From a virus: 64,000 bases of DNA. A program made the translations under genes and the position numbers. The DNA lies in IMG/VR virus record IMGVR_UViG_3300035698_011322, positions 1 to 64,000 of that record; one strand, written 5' to 3'. Of this stretch, positions 19,304-28,832 are shown piece after piece. Below the pieces are notes generated by a model that searched no databases, had not been told where the DNA came from, and saw nothing but the letters and a program-made list of their open reading frames with translations. How positions within the stretch are numbered: the first letter of the stretch is position 1; every line of letters begins with the position of its first letter.

Positions 19304-20152
19304 TTAAGAGCCCCATACATCCAAATCTTCCCTTCTTGTATCCGCAGATATACCTGATCTTCTAATTTGTTGATTCAAATTACCAAGTGTATCATCTTCA
19401 CCATCCTTCGCAATATGTTTTAAAACTGTTGTTTTTCTTGGCAAGCCCCTTGGTGAACTTGTAGCAATGGATCTTGTATTAATATTTTCTAAAACAGCCT
19501 CCGCATCTCTTGCTACTTTAATTATATCATCAGGTGATTTAAAACTTTTAGGATATGACCAACGACCCCAGCAATCTGGATTGGATTGATGATAATGATC
19601 AAAATAACCAAGCCCAATAGGTTGTCTCGTTGATACACTAATAATCGTATCTCCATGAGTTTTTATCATAAAAACAACAGGTGATATCATTTTCTTTGAA
19701 AACTTCTTCTCAAGTAATTTACCATCTAGAGTCTTTGGCCAATAAACACCCTGAACCAACCAAATTGTTTCATGACCCGATCCCTTTAGAACAGACAAAC
19801 CTCTTTCTGCATGACAAAATGTTACATTAGGCATGACACTAGAATTCTCAAGGGTTCTCTTTAATTCTTTTTCTTTACGTGAGTACTCTCTTTTCACTTG
19901 ATTAAAATATTCAATCATCTCTGAGATCTTAGCATTTATCTTATCTCTGATTATCTTTTGCTGAGTATTAATCTTCTCTCTCAACTCATTGCGTATTTCA
20001 TCTTCAACGGTTATAGGATTGTCTTCAACTGATTTGAACACAACCAATTTACCACCTATACGCAGAGACATACCATCAGTCTTTATTTTATCTATATCAA
20101 TTTCATTTAAATCATTCAAAACTGATTTAAATTGATCCATTTTTTGATCCAT
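19304..20152 (-). CDS. Coiled-coil plus E2/UBC-like domain protein
   Basis: HYH....DCWG resembles the prokaryotic E2 HPH..C.G motif; operon context. Confidence 0.6.
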   Translation of the reverse strand: MDQKMDQFKSVLNDLNEIDIDKIKTDGMSLRIGGKLVVFKSVEDNPITVEDEIRNELREKINTQQKIIRDKINAKISEMIEYFNQVKREYSRKEKELKRTLENSSVMPNVTFCHAERGLSVLKGSGHETIWLVQGVYWPKTLDGKLLEKKFSKKMISPVVFMIKTHGDTIISVSTRQPIGLGYFDHYHQSNPDCWGRWSYPKSFKSPDDIIKVARDAEAVLENINTRSIATSSPRGLPRKTTVLKHIAKDGEDDTLGNLNQQIRRSGISADTRREDLDVWGS

Positions 20153-20176
20153 TATTATATCCTTTTACATTTGATT

Positions 20177-20212
20177 TTCACTCCCTAGTGCTCTTAAATA
20201 CTAGGGAGTGAA
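20177..20212 (-). promoter_or_regulatory. Perfect 13-bp hairpin between Ubl and E2-like genes
   Basis: TTCACTCCCTAGT-N10-ACTAGGGAGTGAA; no U-tract on the coding strand. Confidence 0.7.
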
Positions 20213-20219
20213 GGTGTAA

Positions 20220-20492
20220 TCAAGTCCCAGCCACATCAAATGGTCTTATCTCAATATTATCATTTTCTTCGATAAGTGCCGGTGCAGCTGAGGGTAACAC
20301 TTCATCGCTATTATAAAAAACACGAAACTTTCCCATACCAGCGTCTGCAGCATAATCTCTTACTGTGTCTTTAAATGATACACCTGGATCCAATTCGATT
20401 TTAGAACCATTTACAACGATATAAGTTCCGCCATCCCTTGGTACTTCATTAACCTCTGCAGGATTTCCACCATCCCAATATTCATCATTCAT
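20220..20492 (-). CDS. Ubiquitin-like (beta-grasp) protein
   Basis: 90 aa with beta-grasp-like pattern, ends IEIRPFDVAG-T; heads the E2/E1/JAB operon. Confidence 0.78.
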   Translation of the reverse strand: MNDEYWDGGNPAEVNEVPRDGGTYIVVNGSKIELDPGVSFKDTVRDYAADAGMGKFRVFYNSDEVLPSAAPALIEENDNIEIRPFDVAGT

Positions 20493-20529
20493 TTTTTAAC
20501 TCCTCCTTTTCAATTTTTTATTATAATTT

Positions 20530-20559
20530 AATATAACAAATTTTTACAACAATGTAAAC
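20530..20559 (-). promoter_or_regulatory. Early (sigma70-like) promoter of the Ubl operon
   Basis: GTTTACA-N17-TATATT. Confidence 0.75.
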
Positions 20560-20562
20560 CAA

Positions 20563-21303
20563 CTATATTTCTCTTGAAAACAAACAATATTGCTCGGACT
20601 CATCAGCAGACTTAACAAACAATATTCCCAAATCCTGCTCCTCTCTATATGCGAACCTTATAGAAAAGTTTTCAAAACTATCCTCAATCACAGCCATAAT
20701 ATTTACCACATCTTTATAGTCAAAGGACAATACAAGATCATCATGAACTACATCATCAATGCCGAATCTTAATCCATTTGAGAACTCATTTGATTTATCC
20801 GATGTTTCAATAAACAACTTATTTTCTTTCACTTCGAAATATATCTTCTGAAACCTTGAACCGATCTTCTTAATCTTCTTAAAGTGATCCATGAAATCAT
20901 CATCAAGTTCTTTTTCATAAAACCATGTTACATCATTCCTTATTGATTCAGACCCAAATTTATTTATAATAGTAGGTGAACAAAAATTAAGTATAGTCTT
21001 CTGCTTACCAGACTTTAATACAATCCTATTCTCAAAGATCTGGGTGTCGACCTCTTCCGAATCAAACAAATTCAAGAATGGAATGACATTACTTGATGGC
21101 TCCGAGAAATTAAGTTCAATTTCATCACCTGTATCAAAAACATCGTTATCCACATTCACTATTGAAATACTACCATCATCGCTTGATATCATTCTTGATT
21201 TGGCCTTGCTGTCCGCAAATTTTATCTGAACATTATTAATTGAAAAATTTATTGTGGCCTTTTTTAACAACTCTTTTAGGTTGCTTACATTCGTTTTTAT
21301 CAT
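20563..21303 (-). CDS. Sliding clamp (gp45-like)
   Basis: 246 aa with two-domain clamp-like pattern, directly after the clamp loader genes. Confidence 0.75.
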   Translation of the reverse strand: MIKTNVSNLKELLKKATINFSINNVQIKFADSKAKSRMISSDDGSISIVNVDNDVFDTGDEIELNFSEPSSNVIPFLNLFDSEEVDTQIFENRIVLKSGKQKTILNFCSPTIINKFGSESIRNDVTWFYEKELDDDFMDHFKKIKKIGSRFQKIYFEVKENKLFIETSDKSNEFSNGLRFGIDDVVHDDLVLSFDYKDVVNIMAVIEDSFENFSIRFAYREEQDLGILFVKSADESEQYCLFSREI

Positions 21304-21676
21304 CTATCTTTAACTCCTTTTTAAATGTCACAAGCATCTTTGCTTCTCTTTTTGACAAATCTGTTTCTTCGACTACCTTTAAGACATCTTTCATAAACTG
21401 TTTTTCTTCAGTTGTCTTCTTGATCCACTTCACATATCTTCTGCCCTTTGGAACAACAGCCATATAATAGTCATATATAGATTTATCAGGTATCTTAAAC
21501 TGTAAGTGATTTATTTTCTCAACATATTGAATTAAATGTTTATCATGGCTCAACCACATTGATAACATATATGCAGATGCAAGTTTCTTGTCATATGAGT
21601 ATTTTATTACCTTTGTATATATCTGATTCAAGAAGGTAAAGAGATTCGGTTCACTACTTTTCTTCTTCTTAGCCAT
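21236..21676 (-). CDS. Clamp loader small subunit (gp62-like)
   Basis: LFTFLNQI, YDYY...VPKGRRYVKWIK. Confidence 0.8.
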   Translation of the reverse strand: MAKKKKSSEPNLFTFLNQIYTKVIKYSYDKKLASAYMLSMWLSHDKHLIQYVEKINHLQFKIPDKSIYDYYMAVVPKGRRYVKWIKKTTEEKQFMKDVLKVVEETDLSKREAKMLVTFKKELKIDDKNECKQPKRVVKKGHNKFFN

Positions 21677-21784
21677 ATTACACAAACCCCATAATAAAAA
21701 TAGTAGTCAAAATAACAATTACAATAGATATACTTATTTCTACAAACCACTCATTCAAAAAATCCATTAATTTATAAACCACTC

Positions 21785-22696
21785 TCATACTATTTTACCA
21801 TATATCATATCAACAACCATGTGCATAAAATTTATTTCTTTTATATCTGATATAGCATTTCTATGTAAATGCTCACCTATCATTAGAATAGCACCACCTG
21901 GTTCTTTGAACTCACCCGCGTTCTCAAATAGATAACTATATAGCTCTGTATAATCGATATAATTTGATTTGAGAATTTGTCGTACAGTTTCAATATCCTT
22001 TAGTGTGATACCTCTTAATATCTTATCCCATACACCCTCTGACTTTGATAGTCTACTGCCAATCAAAACACCATCAATACAATTTTCTTGTAGAACATTA
22101 ATAGTTTTTCGTATGTCTGGATAGCATTTCTCAACAATAGTTTTTATATGAGCAACACTTTCCTTGGTAAGTTTTATCTTCTCACTCCTTAAGATCTTCA
22201 AACAAAACTTAGCTATATCAGGCTTAGGTGGGTTCTCTACCTTCAACACAGTGAAACGTGATCTCAGTTCTGGAATAACATACCTATCATAATTACACAG
22301 AAGAACAAATCTAGTAATCTTTTGTACGTCTTCCATCATTTGTCTTAGCATCTTTTGGGCACCCTGTGGGCCTGAGGATAATGAGTCGCCCTCATTTAGA
22401 ACAACAATTTTCATATCCCCATGAGAGGCCATAGATGTAGCAAACCGCCTAACCTTATCTCTCATTGTATCTATACCTGTTTCATCAGAAGCATTAATCC
22501 ACAGTTTAGGTAAGGCTGACTGCTCCAAAAGTATATGGGCAAAGGTACCTTTGCCAATACCAGGACTACCATACAACATTATGTTTGGTAATTCTATAAT
22601 AAACTTTCTAAACCTTTTTCTTATATCTTCATTTAGAACCATATCATCTATAGATTTTGGTTCATATCGAAATGACCAGATTGATTTACTATTCAT
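21785..22696 (-). CDS. Clamp loader AAA+ subunit (gp44/RFC-like)
   Basis: W..RYEPKSIDDM, GSPGIGKGT, INASDETGID, SRF, YPDIRKTIN. Confidence 0.93.
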   Translation of the reverse strand: MNSKSIWSFRYEPKSIDDMVLNEDIRKRFRKFIIELPNIMLYGSPGIGKGTFAHILLEQSALPKLWINASDETGIDTMRDKVRRFATSMASHGDMKIVVLNEGDSLSSGPQGAQKMLRQMMEDVQKITRFVLLCNYDRYVIPELRSRFTVLKVENPPKPDIAKFCLKILRSEKIKLTKESVAHIKTIVEKCYPDIRKTINVLQENCIDGVLIGSRLSKSEGVWDKILRGITLKDIETVRQILKSNYIDYTELYSYLFENAGEFKEPGGAILMIGEHLHRNAISDIKEINFMHMVVDMIYGKIV

Positions 22697-23169
22697 TATA
22701 TACACTCTATACATTTTATTTTATTTGGTTCTGTTTCTATACCATCATTACAACAAGGTCTTTCACAACTATCATCGTGTATATGTGACTTTATATGCAT
22801 GCAATCCTGAAACTCACAATTTTCGGCCTCTATACATTTCACCACAGTTTTTTTTTCATCTATTGTTTCTATTTTTACCGAATCAATTCCACCACTACCC
22901 ATAACAACATTCACATCTGCTGTTCTCCGCACATCATCTTTTAGTTGAAGACTCATATCATACTCAATATCATTCATAGCATCTTCAATAAGATTCTCAA
23001 CTTGATTTAAAATATCTGATATGTTACCACCTATTTTCTTCTCCATCTTTTGTAAGAATAATAAATACTCATCTTTGTCCATAGAAGATTCCAATTCTTT
23101 TTTGAACTCATAATTCTTAATGCCATACAAAAAATACTTACAAAATAACCTTTTGAGAATTTTTTTCAT
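22696..23169 (-). CDS. Hypothetical protein, Cys/His-rich C-terminus
   Basis: 157-aa ORF with RBS. Confidence 0.65.
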   Translation of the reverse strand: MKKILKRLFCKYFLYGIKNYEFKKELESSMDKDEYLLFLQKMEKKIGGNISDILNQVENLIEDAMNDIEYDMSLQLKDDVRRTADVNVVMGSGGIDSVKIETIDEKKTVVKCIEAENCEFQDCMHIKSHIHDDSCERPCCNDGIETEPNKIKCIECI

Positions 23170-23237
23170 TTATCTATTTCCTTTTTATGTTTTATTATAT
23201 TAATTATACAGCAAAATTATAGATAAGTAAATACAAT

Positions 23238-23675
23238 TTATAATCTTTCAAGGAGAAAGTTTTTAGATGAATATACTTGATTCCTTTTAGTATTAACAAA
23301 GGCATCAATTATCTTTTCATGTTGATCGGAGTTGGTTATTTTATCTGGTATACAAATCACATTCATATCATATTTTTCGATTGCTCTTGTTACCATTAGT
23401 TCATTTATACAAACGACTGCTCTTGTATGTTTATTTCTGTTTGCCATAATAGATGAATACATTGAATACTCTGATATAATAATTCCAAGATCATTATATT
23501 CAGACACAGCTTCAGAAAGCATTGATACAATAATAGAAAAATCTTTATTGTCAATACTCAAGTTTATTATATTATGGAATTGGAATTTTTTGCTCAGATA
23601 AGTTGTTATTAGGTAGGATGTTTCAACACAATTTTTATCATTGCATATATATATTGTGGGTTTTTCACTTGACAT
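23238..23675 (-). CDS. Degenerate RpiB/LacAB-family protein
   Basis: GIII....SSIMANR....RAVVC...MNVICI pattern; catalytic CGTG absent. Confidence 0.65.
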   Translation of the reverse strand: MSSEKPTIYICNDKNCVETSYLITTYLSKKFQFHNIINLSIDNKDFSIIVSMLSEAVSEYNDLGIIISEYSMYSSIMANRNKHTRAVVCINELMVTRAIEKYDMNVICIPDKITNSDQHEKIIDAFVNTKRNQVYSSKNFLLERL

Positions 23676-23703
23676 TTTATTACTTCCTTTCACAAATTAT
23701 TAT

Positions 23704-23793
23704 TGGCGGAAGAGGAGAGGATTGAACTCCCACCGGCTTTTACACCGTAGCGCCTTAGCAGGGCGTTCCAATACCAATTATGGTTACTCTTCC
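23704..23793 (-). tRNA. tRNA-Ser(GCT)
   Basis: Cloverleaf, long variable arm, CCA. Confidence 0.9.
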
Positions 23794-23799
23794 ATTTTT

Positions 23800-23872
23800 T
23801 GGAGCGACTTGGGGATTTGAACCCTACCTTCCCGCTGGACGCAAGACGTGCTGCCAATTACACCATCGCCGC
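23800..23872 (-). tRNA. tRNA-Gly(TCC), atypical G33
   Basis: GCG..CGC-T-CCA acceptor; loop CG-TCC-AG. Confidence 0.75.
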
Positions 23873-24298
23873 TTATACTATCCTTATTAGGTTTCCATCA
23901 TAGTTCTTACCTAAATGTCGTTCTACTTTTCTTAAAGTATCTTCTGTACCACCTTTTCTATCAGGTGACACACAGGCTATAACTATTGTATTTGGCTCTG
24001 ATTCTCTTGCAACAACTGTATTTCTTTCGTAGAACCATTGTGCCCATTTATGTCTTGGTGAATATTCTACTGGTTTCTTTTCTGGATCGGGTCTATGAAT
24101 TATTAGCTTTCCATTTGATTCTGTTAGGTTCATCTTTCTAGCAATGATTTCAGCAAACCGATCCCCACCCTTTGGGCAACCGCCAGAAATAATCACATCA
24201 CCTTTATCATACCATTTCTTGAACTCATTATAAACTTGATGGTAATCGGAAGGATTGTTTCTTCTTCTAGATCCAATGATAATTATCTTCTTAGACAT
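23873..24298 (-). CDS. SLOG-family (YspA/DprA-like) protein
   Basis: IIGSR, ISGGCPKGGD, RN, GGTEDT. Confidence 0.8.
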   Translation of the reverse strand: MSKKIIIIGSRRRNNPSDYHQVYNEFKKWYDKGDVIISGGCPKGGDRFAEIIARKMNLTESNGKLIIHRPDPEKKPVEYSPRHKWAQWFYERNTVVARESEPNTIVIACVSPDRKGGTEDTLRKVERHLGKNYDGNLIRIV

Positions 24299-24506
24299 AG
24301 ATTATCCTTTGAGATAATTCTTCACCTATTTCCCAATCCTCTATAGTAACTTTTACTTTTGTCGCTTCGAAAATCGCATACCAAACAGATCCACAATCAT
24401 CGCATACTCCTTCAAGACCTGCTGTTTGTGGATCTGTTTGTGGTATCAAATGAGGTTCTGATCTATAACTTATATTACCATTACATTCTGGGCATACATC
24501 TTTCAT
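24291..24506 (-). CDS. Zinc-ribbon protein
   Basis: CPEC...CDDC. Confidence 0.65.
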   Translation of the reverse strand: MKDVCPECNGNISYRSEPHLIPQTDPQTAGLEGVCDDCGSVWYAIFEATKVKVTIEDWEIGEELSQRIIYV

Positions 24507-24521
24507 TTAACTTTTACCTTT

Positions 24522-24659
24522 CTATTTCTTTACTGGGGTGTCTCTTCCACGACCTCGACCTTTTCCACGACCTCGACCTCGACCATCTTTTTCTGGCCAA
24601 CCCTTTTTATCTTTCTTTGGGCCTTTTCCATCTGGGCCCGTTCCATCACCTCTTGGCAT
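24522..24659 (-). CDS. 45-aa DUF5320-like GR-rich protein
   Basis: Manual translation MPRGDGTGPDGKGP...GRGRGRGKGRGRGR; AGGAG RBS. Confidence 0.7.
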   Translation of the reverse strand: MPRGDGTGPDGKGPKKDKKGWPEKDGRGRGRGKGRGRGRDTPVKK

Positions 24660-24674
24660 AATTACTCCTCCTTT

Positions 24675-25265
24675 TCAATTTTTTATTACTTCATTAACAA
24701 AATCATATAGTGGCAAATCTTCCATTTCCTCAATCTTAATAGACCACATATCACACTCTTTGCTTTCTTTTATATCACCAGCCAGTTTCTTTATATCAGA
24801 GGAAATTATCTTACCACTATCTTGTGATATCTTTACATCCATATATGAATCTTCTTCCTTATATTCTAACTTACCAGATAATACCATACTTGCCCACTTT
24901 TGTAAATAAGATTTTGATTTACTTGATAGGTTAGATAAATTGATACTCCAGAAGTTTCTATATCTTCTCAATCTCATCCACCCCTTCTTGAACAAAGACA
25001 ACATTATTTGCTCTCTAGCTTTGCCTTCAATCCCCATTTTTTCATTATAAAAATCATATATATATTCTATGAATTCTTTATTCAGTCCGAACTTCTTAGG
25101 ATACCTTATAATCGTTTGTATATGAGTTGTTGGAGCATAAACAATTTCACCCTTTGGTGAAATAAAGAATGCTGCCATAAACACACCTTCCTCAAGAATA
25201 CTTTCAAAAACAAATGTTCTCTTACCTTTTATTGAAGTTTCTTTTAAATAATTTTCGAATTTCAT
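24675..25265 (-). CDS. Hypothetical protein with capsid-targeting-like N-terminus
   Basis: MKFENYLKE; TATAAATA at 25300-25307 upstream. Confidence 0.72.
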   Translation of the reverse strand: MKFENYLKETSIKGKRTFVFESILEEGVFMAAFFISPKGEIVYAPTTHIQTIIRYPKKFGLNKEFIEYIYDFYNEKMGIEGKAREQIMLSLFKKGWMRLRRYRNFWSINLSNLSSKSKSYLQKWASMVLSGKLEYKEEDSYMDVKISQDSGKIISSDIKKLAGDIKESKECDMWSIKIEEMEDLPLYDFVNEVIKN

Positions 25266-25308
25266 TATTATTTTCTCTCTATGACTTTTAATTGACTCAT
25301 ATTTATAA

Positions 25309-25884
25309 TTATACACTATTATATAGTAAATGTAAACTCTCATATAAATCTTTAAATTTTATTGGTGTATAGTTGATGTTCTCTACAGATATATTTATAT
25401 AATAATTGTCATATAAGTTTCTAAAGAGCGGAGATTTATTGTGCAAATGGCCGTGAATAGAGATGGCATTGTGTTTACAAGGTTTTGGTTTATGACTAAA
25501 AATAATTGGCACATCTCCATCATATATAGTGAATGGTTTCTTTGTAAGTGTTATTCCTATGTCTTTGAACCAACCAACACTATGTCCATCATGATTGCCT
25601 CTTATCATATATATTTCACCATTCAATTTACTTCTTATTTCAAATATTCTCTCTTGACCACCAAAACCAAAGTCTCCAAGATGAAGAACTATATCATCAT
25701 TACCAACAACATTGTTCCAGTTTCTTATTATAATATTTTGCCAATCATTTGGTCTGCTACAATACTCTCCTATTTTTTTATGGTTGAAATGTGTGTCTGA
25801 TATAAGAAAAACATTTTGTATGCTTCCCATAGTAAAATATTTTGATTTATTTTTTATCAAATCGTCGAATGTATTATTTGTCAT
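25309..25884 (-). CDS. Calcineurin-like metallophosphoesterase
   Basis: SDTHFNH, HLGDF, GNHD, HGHLH. Confidence 0.92.
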   Translation of the reverse strand: MTNNTFDDLIKNKSKYFTMGSIQNVFLISDTHFNHKKIGEYCSRPNDWQNIIIRNWNNVVGNDDIVLHLGDFGFGGQERIFEIRSKLNGEIYMIRGNHDGHSVGWFKDIGITLTKKPFTIYDGDVPIIFSHKPKPCKHNAISIHGHLHNKSPLFRNLYDNYYINISVENINYTPIKFKDLYESLHLLYNSV

Positions 25885-26038
25885 ATATTCCCATTTATTT
25901 TATTTTTTATGTTTACAATTATTTTTTTTATGGTATACTAGAGCATGCTCGCGCGGCAGGAAGGTTTAAATTCTGATAATATAAAAATATAGAATATAAA
26001 AATATAGAATATAAAAATATATAAAGAATAATATATAA

Positions 26039-26224
26039 TTATTTAATATACTTTTTAAGATTAAGTTTAGCCTTTTTCCTATCATATTTTCTATCATTCT
26101 TTTTTCCATGAATAACTTTTGTACCTTTTGTTGTGGGTATCCTTCCAATATTAAGATCATTCATCCTAATTATAATATCCTTTTTCTTTTTCTTATCATT
26201 AACTGACTTCATTCTCTTAGGCAT
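26039..26224 (-). CDS. Small basic protein
   Basis: GGAGG RBS; TATAAATA at 26258-26265. Confidence 0.65.
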   Translation of the reverse strand: MPKRMKSVNDKKKKKDIIIRMNDLNIGRIPTTKGTKVIHGKKNDRKYDRKKAKLNLKKYIK

Positions 26225-26286
26225 AAAAATACCCTCCTATTTTACTACATTCAACAGTATTTATATAAGAGGGTATGGTTATTTTA

Positions 26287-26676
26287 TTATTTTTCTTTGA
26301 TTAAGTTTCTTTGCTTATCCTTTTCTTGTTCGGATGCCATTCGTCGTCTACCCTCTATAAATGCTGTAATAATATTATCAATGTGTTCCAAATCTTGTAC
26401 AAGAAAAGATTCCTCTAGCTCGATATATCCTGTAAATAACATTTTTAAAGATCCTGTTATTCTTTTCCATATTCTTCTATACCAGTTGTCTTCCCAACCA
26501 GTACACCAACATACATTCTTATAAAAGGTCATTTCGAACATATTGATTTTTTTATCATATTCGAATGATATCATTGCATTATGATCGGTACTACCACAAT
26601 CACATGCTATTTGATATAGAACATAATTTTCCCATTCATCTACATTCATCACACCCTTTGATATTTCACTTTTCAT
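26287..26676 (-). CDS. Hypothetical protein
   Basis: AGGAG RBS; CDC...H. Confidence 0.7.
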   Translation of the reverse strand: MKSEISKGVMNVDEWENYVLYQIACDCGSTDHNAMISFEYDKKINMFEMTFYKNVCWCTGWEDNWYRRIWKRITGSLKMLFTGYIELEESFLVQDLEHIDNIITAFIEGRRRMASEQEKDKQRNLIKEK

Positions 26677-26692
26677 TAAACTTACTCCTTTA

Positions 26693-26992
26693 TTATTTCA
26701 AATACAATCCAAAATTGACATTAAGATGTTTGAATTTTGATAATGATTCATTCAAACTATTTGGATGAGCAATTAATAGTTCGGCCATGGACCATCCACG
26801 ATCTTTAAAGTCCGAGTTGATGAACTTATTCCGTGAACACAGGATAGCATTGTTTAATAAGGCATTACGTGTTGCTTTTTCTGACACGGGATTCTGTTTG
26901 AATTCAAGCTCACAAAACTTATTAGTATTGATCAAGTTATGATCAATACAAAATTTACAATTCTTACAATAGTTTCTCAATTTTTTAGCCAT
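26693..26992 (-). CDS. Hypothetical protein
   Basis: CKNCKFC motif. Confidence 0.6.
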   Translation of the reverse strand: MAKKLRNYCKNCKFCIDHNLINTNKFCELEFKQNPVSEKATRNALLNNAILCSRNKFINSDFKDRGWSMAELLIAHPNSLNESLSKFKHLNVNFGLYLK

Positions 26993-27324
26993 TATACTTT
27001 TTCCTTTCTTATCTCTGATTCTTTACGAGCATCAATATCTCTCTGATCAAACACCCTGCCATATATATCTTTTATCATATTATTTATTCTATCTTTTTTA
27101 CCATAATACTGTGATATACACATAATAATTTTTGGTGCATATTGTTGGTTATCTTTTAAGAACATCATTACATCATAACCAGATTTCTTAAATTTTTCTA
27201 AATCATGATCTATATATAATAGATCCCATTTTTTTCTCGATAACTGTTTTATACCCTTTTCAAATGTAGTCGCTATATAATCACATTTTAGTATTTTATT
27301 ATAACTAATAACTAATATTTCCAT
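26992..27324 (-). CDS. Second cyclic-phosphate-processing receiver-like protein (degenerate)
   Basis: LYIDHDL....SGYDVMMFL. Confidence 0.6.
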   Translation of the reverse strand: MEILVISYNKILKCDYIATTFEKGIKQLSRKKWDLLYIDHDLEKFKKSGYDVMMFLKDNQQYAPKIIMCISQYYGKKDRINNMIKDIYGRVFDQRDIDARKESEIRKEKV

Positions 27325-27343
27325 TCACTTTACTCCTTACCAT

Positions 27344-27571
27344 CTATTTCTTTTTTGTGGCAATAACTGTTTTCGCCGCGGCCTTAAAGGCATAGGCCGT
27401 GCCTCTTTTATTTCTCCATCTTGAGGCCATTCTGGTTGTATTATCAACACCTGCTTGTTTACAAGCCTCTACGAAAATCTCATTCTTCAAAGCAAACTCA
27501 GCGTTCTTTTGAGCATACTTGGGTTCAATCGGATCGGCCTGTATTCTATCCCACTTAAAATTTCTCCACAT
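27344..27571 (-). CDS. Small basic hypothetical protein
   Basis: GAGGAG RBS. Confidence 0.7.
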   Translation of the reverse strand: MWRNFKWDRIQADPIEPKYAQKNAEFALKNEIFVEACKQAGVDNTTRMASRWRNKRGTAYAFKAAAKTVIATKKK

Positions 27572-27574
27572 GTT

Positions 27575-28135
27575 TTACTTACTCCTCTTCTTTATAATAG
27601 ATTTTGGTTTATAAAGTTTAAGTTTTTTCTTTGGTTTCTTTGCTAATGTTAATTTCTTCTTTTTTGGTTTTTTATCACTCTCTTCGCCAACATCATCATA
27701 TGATTCAGTTGCTGTTGGATCATCATTCCATATATCTGTTGGATCATCATAAGATAACTTTAACATTTCCTCCAGTTTTTGTAAATGTTTACGTGGAAAA
27801 TAACCATCTATTGTAAGCTCATCAAGGATTTTAATGAGAATATTCTCCGATATTTTTGTTATACTGAACCTTACATCTCTTGGTATGCCTGTTCTTTTAT
27901 CACCCGATCCTCTTTTCAAATTCATATTAAGAACACAACTAATGTCCTCATGTATCTTCATATATTTTTTCTTTTTTGCTTTTGAACCAGATACACAAAC
28001 ACTACTTACTTGTTTGGATCTGAATACCATAAACTTGAAACCCTTATCTTGATGTTCAGTAGTTTTAGAAAAAATGAGCATACCATTACCAAAGTCTATA
28101 TACGGCATGCCTGTTTCTGAGTATTTTAATTCCAA
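27575..28135 (-). CDS. Hypothetical protein with Lys-rich tail
   Basis: 186-aa ORF, AAGGA RBS. Confidence 0.7.
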   Translation of the reverse strand: MELKYSETGMPYIDFGNGMLIFSKTTEHQDKGFKFMVFRSKQVSSVCVSGSKAKKKKYMKIHEDISCVLNMNLKRGSGDKRTGIPRDVRFSITKISENILIKILDELTIDGYFPRKHLQKLEEMLKLSYDDPTDIWNDDPTATESYDDVGEESDKKPKKKKLTLAKKPKKKLKLYKPKSIIKKRSK

Positions 28136-28243
28136 AGTATTATTCCTTTTTATTTAATTCTGGATGAATAAAAAATTCTCTTTCTCATTCATTATTTTAT
28201 CCTTTATTATACTATACTTAGCTAAAAATGTAAACACATTCTC

Positions 28244-28456
28244 TTATATTAATCGTTTATTTGATATTTGATTATCAATACCTGCTTTAAAGGCAGCCTG
28301 ACAAAATGATTCTTTGACTATAGGTTTTCTATATTCACCATCATATCCCGCAAAGTAAGCATCATGTAAAGATGAGCACCGCATTCTATCCGGTGGATGG
28401 TTTATGTAATGCTCATACATTTTCTGCAATTCTAGTATTTTAAATCGTTTTATCAT
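28244..28456 (-). CDS. Hypothetical protein
   Basis: 70-aa ORF in strand context. Confidence 0.55.
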   Translation of the reverse strand: MIKRFKILELQKMYEHYINHPPDRMRCSSLHDAYFAGYDGEYRKPIVKESFCQAAFKAGIDNQISNKRLI

Positions 28457-28832
28457 CTACGTATTCATCCCCCCTCCGTGATGTAACACATAGACCCAGA
28501 ATGAAAAATCCTGCAATCGTGCCTATGAAAATCCCTGTTATAAAGGCGATCCAAATCATATTGTCTCCTATCCTCTTCTTAATTATTTTGATACATAATT
28601 ATATCTCTAAAGCTAAAATATAGTGCATAATATTATACCATAATGGATATATTTCTGGCACTCCAATTGCGAATAAGAGTGTCCAAAATAAAATTACTAC
28701 AAAATTAAACATTATTTTAATCATTATCGATATTCTCCTTTATATTTTAAAAGCGGTCAGGATTCCAACCTGAGATAACCGTGATTTGATCAGATCACCG
28801 ACTGATAGCCACTTATATCCCCGCTTTAATGT

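Noticed and set aside
18707-20492. ThiS/ThiF or MoaD/MoeB cofactor biosynthesis
   Set aside because: No thi/moa/cys partner genes; the E2-like and JAB neighbours fit conjugation better.
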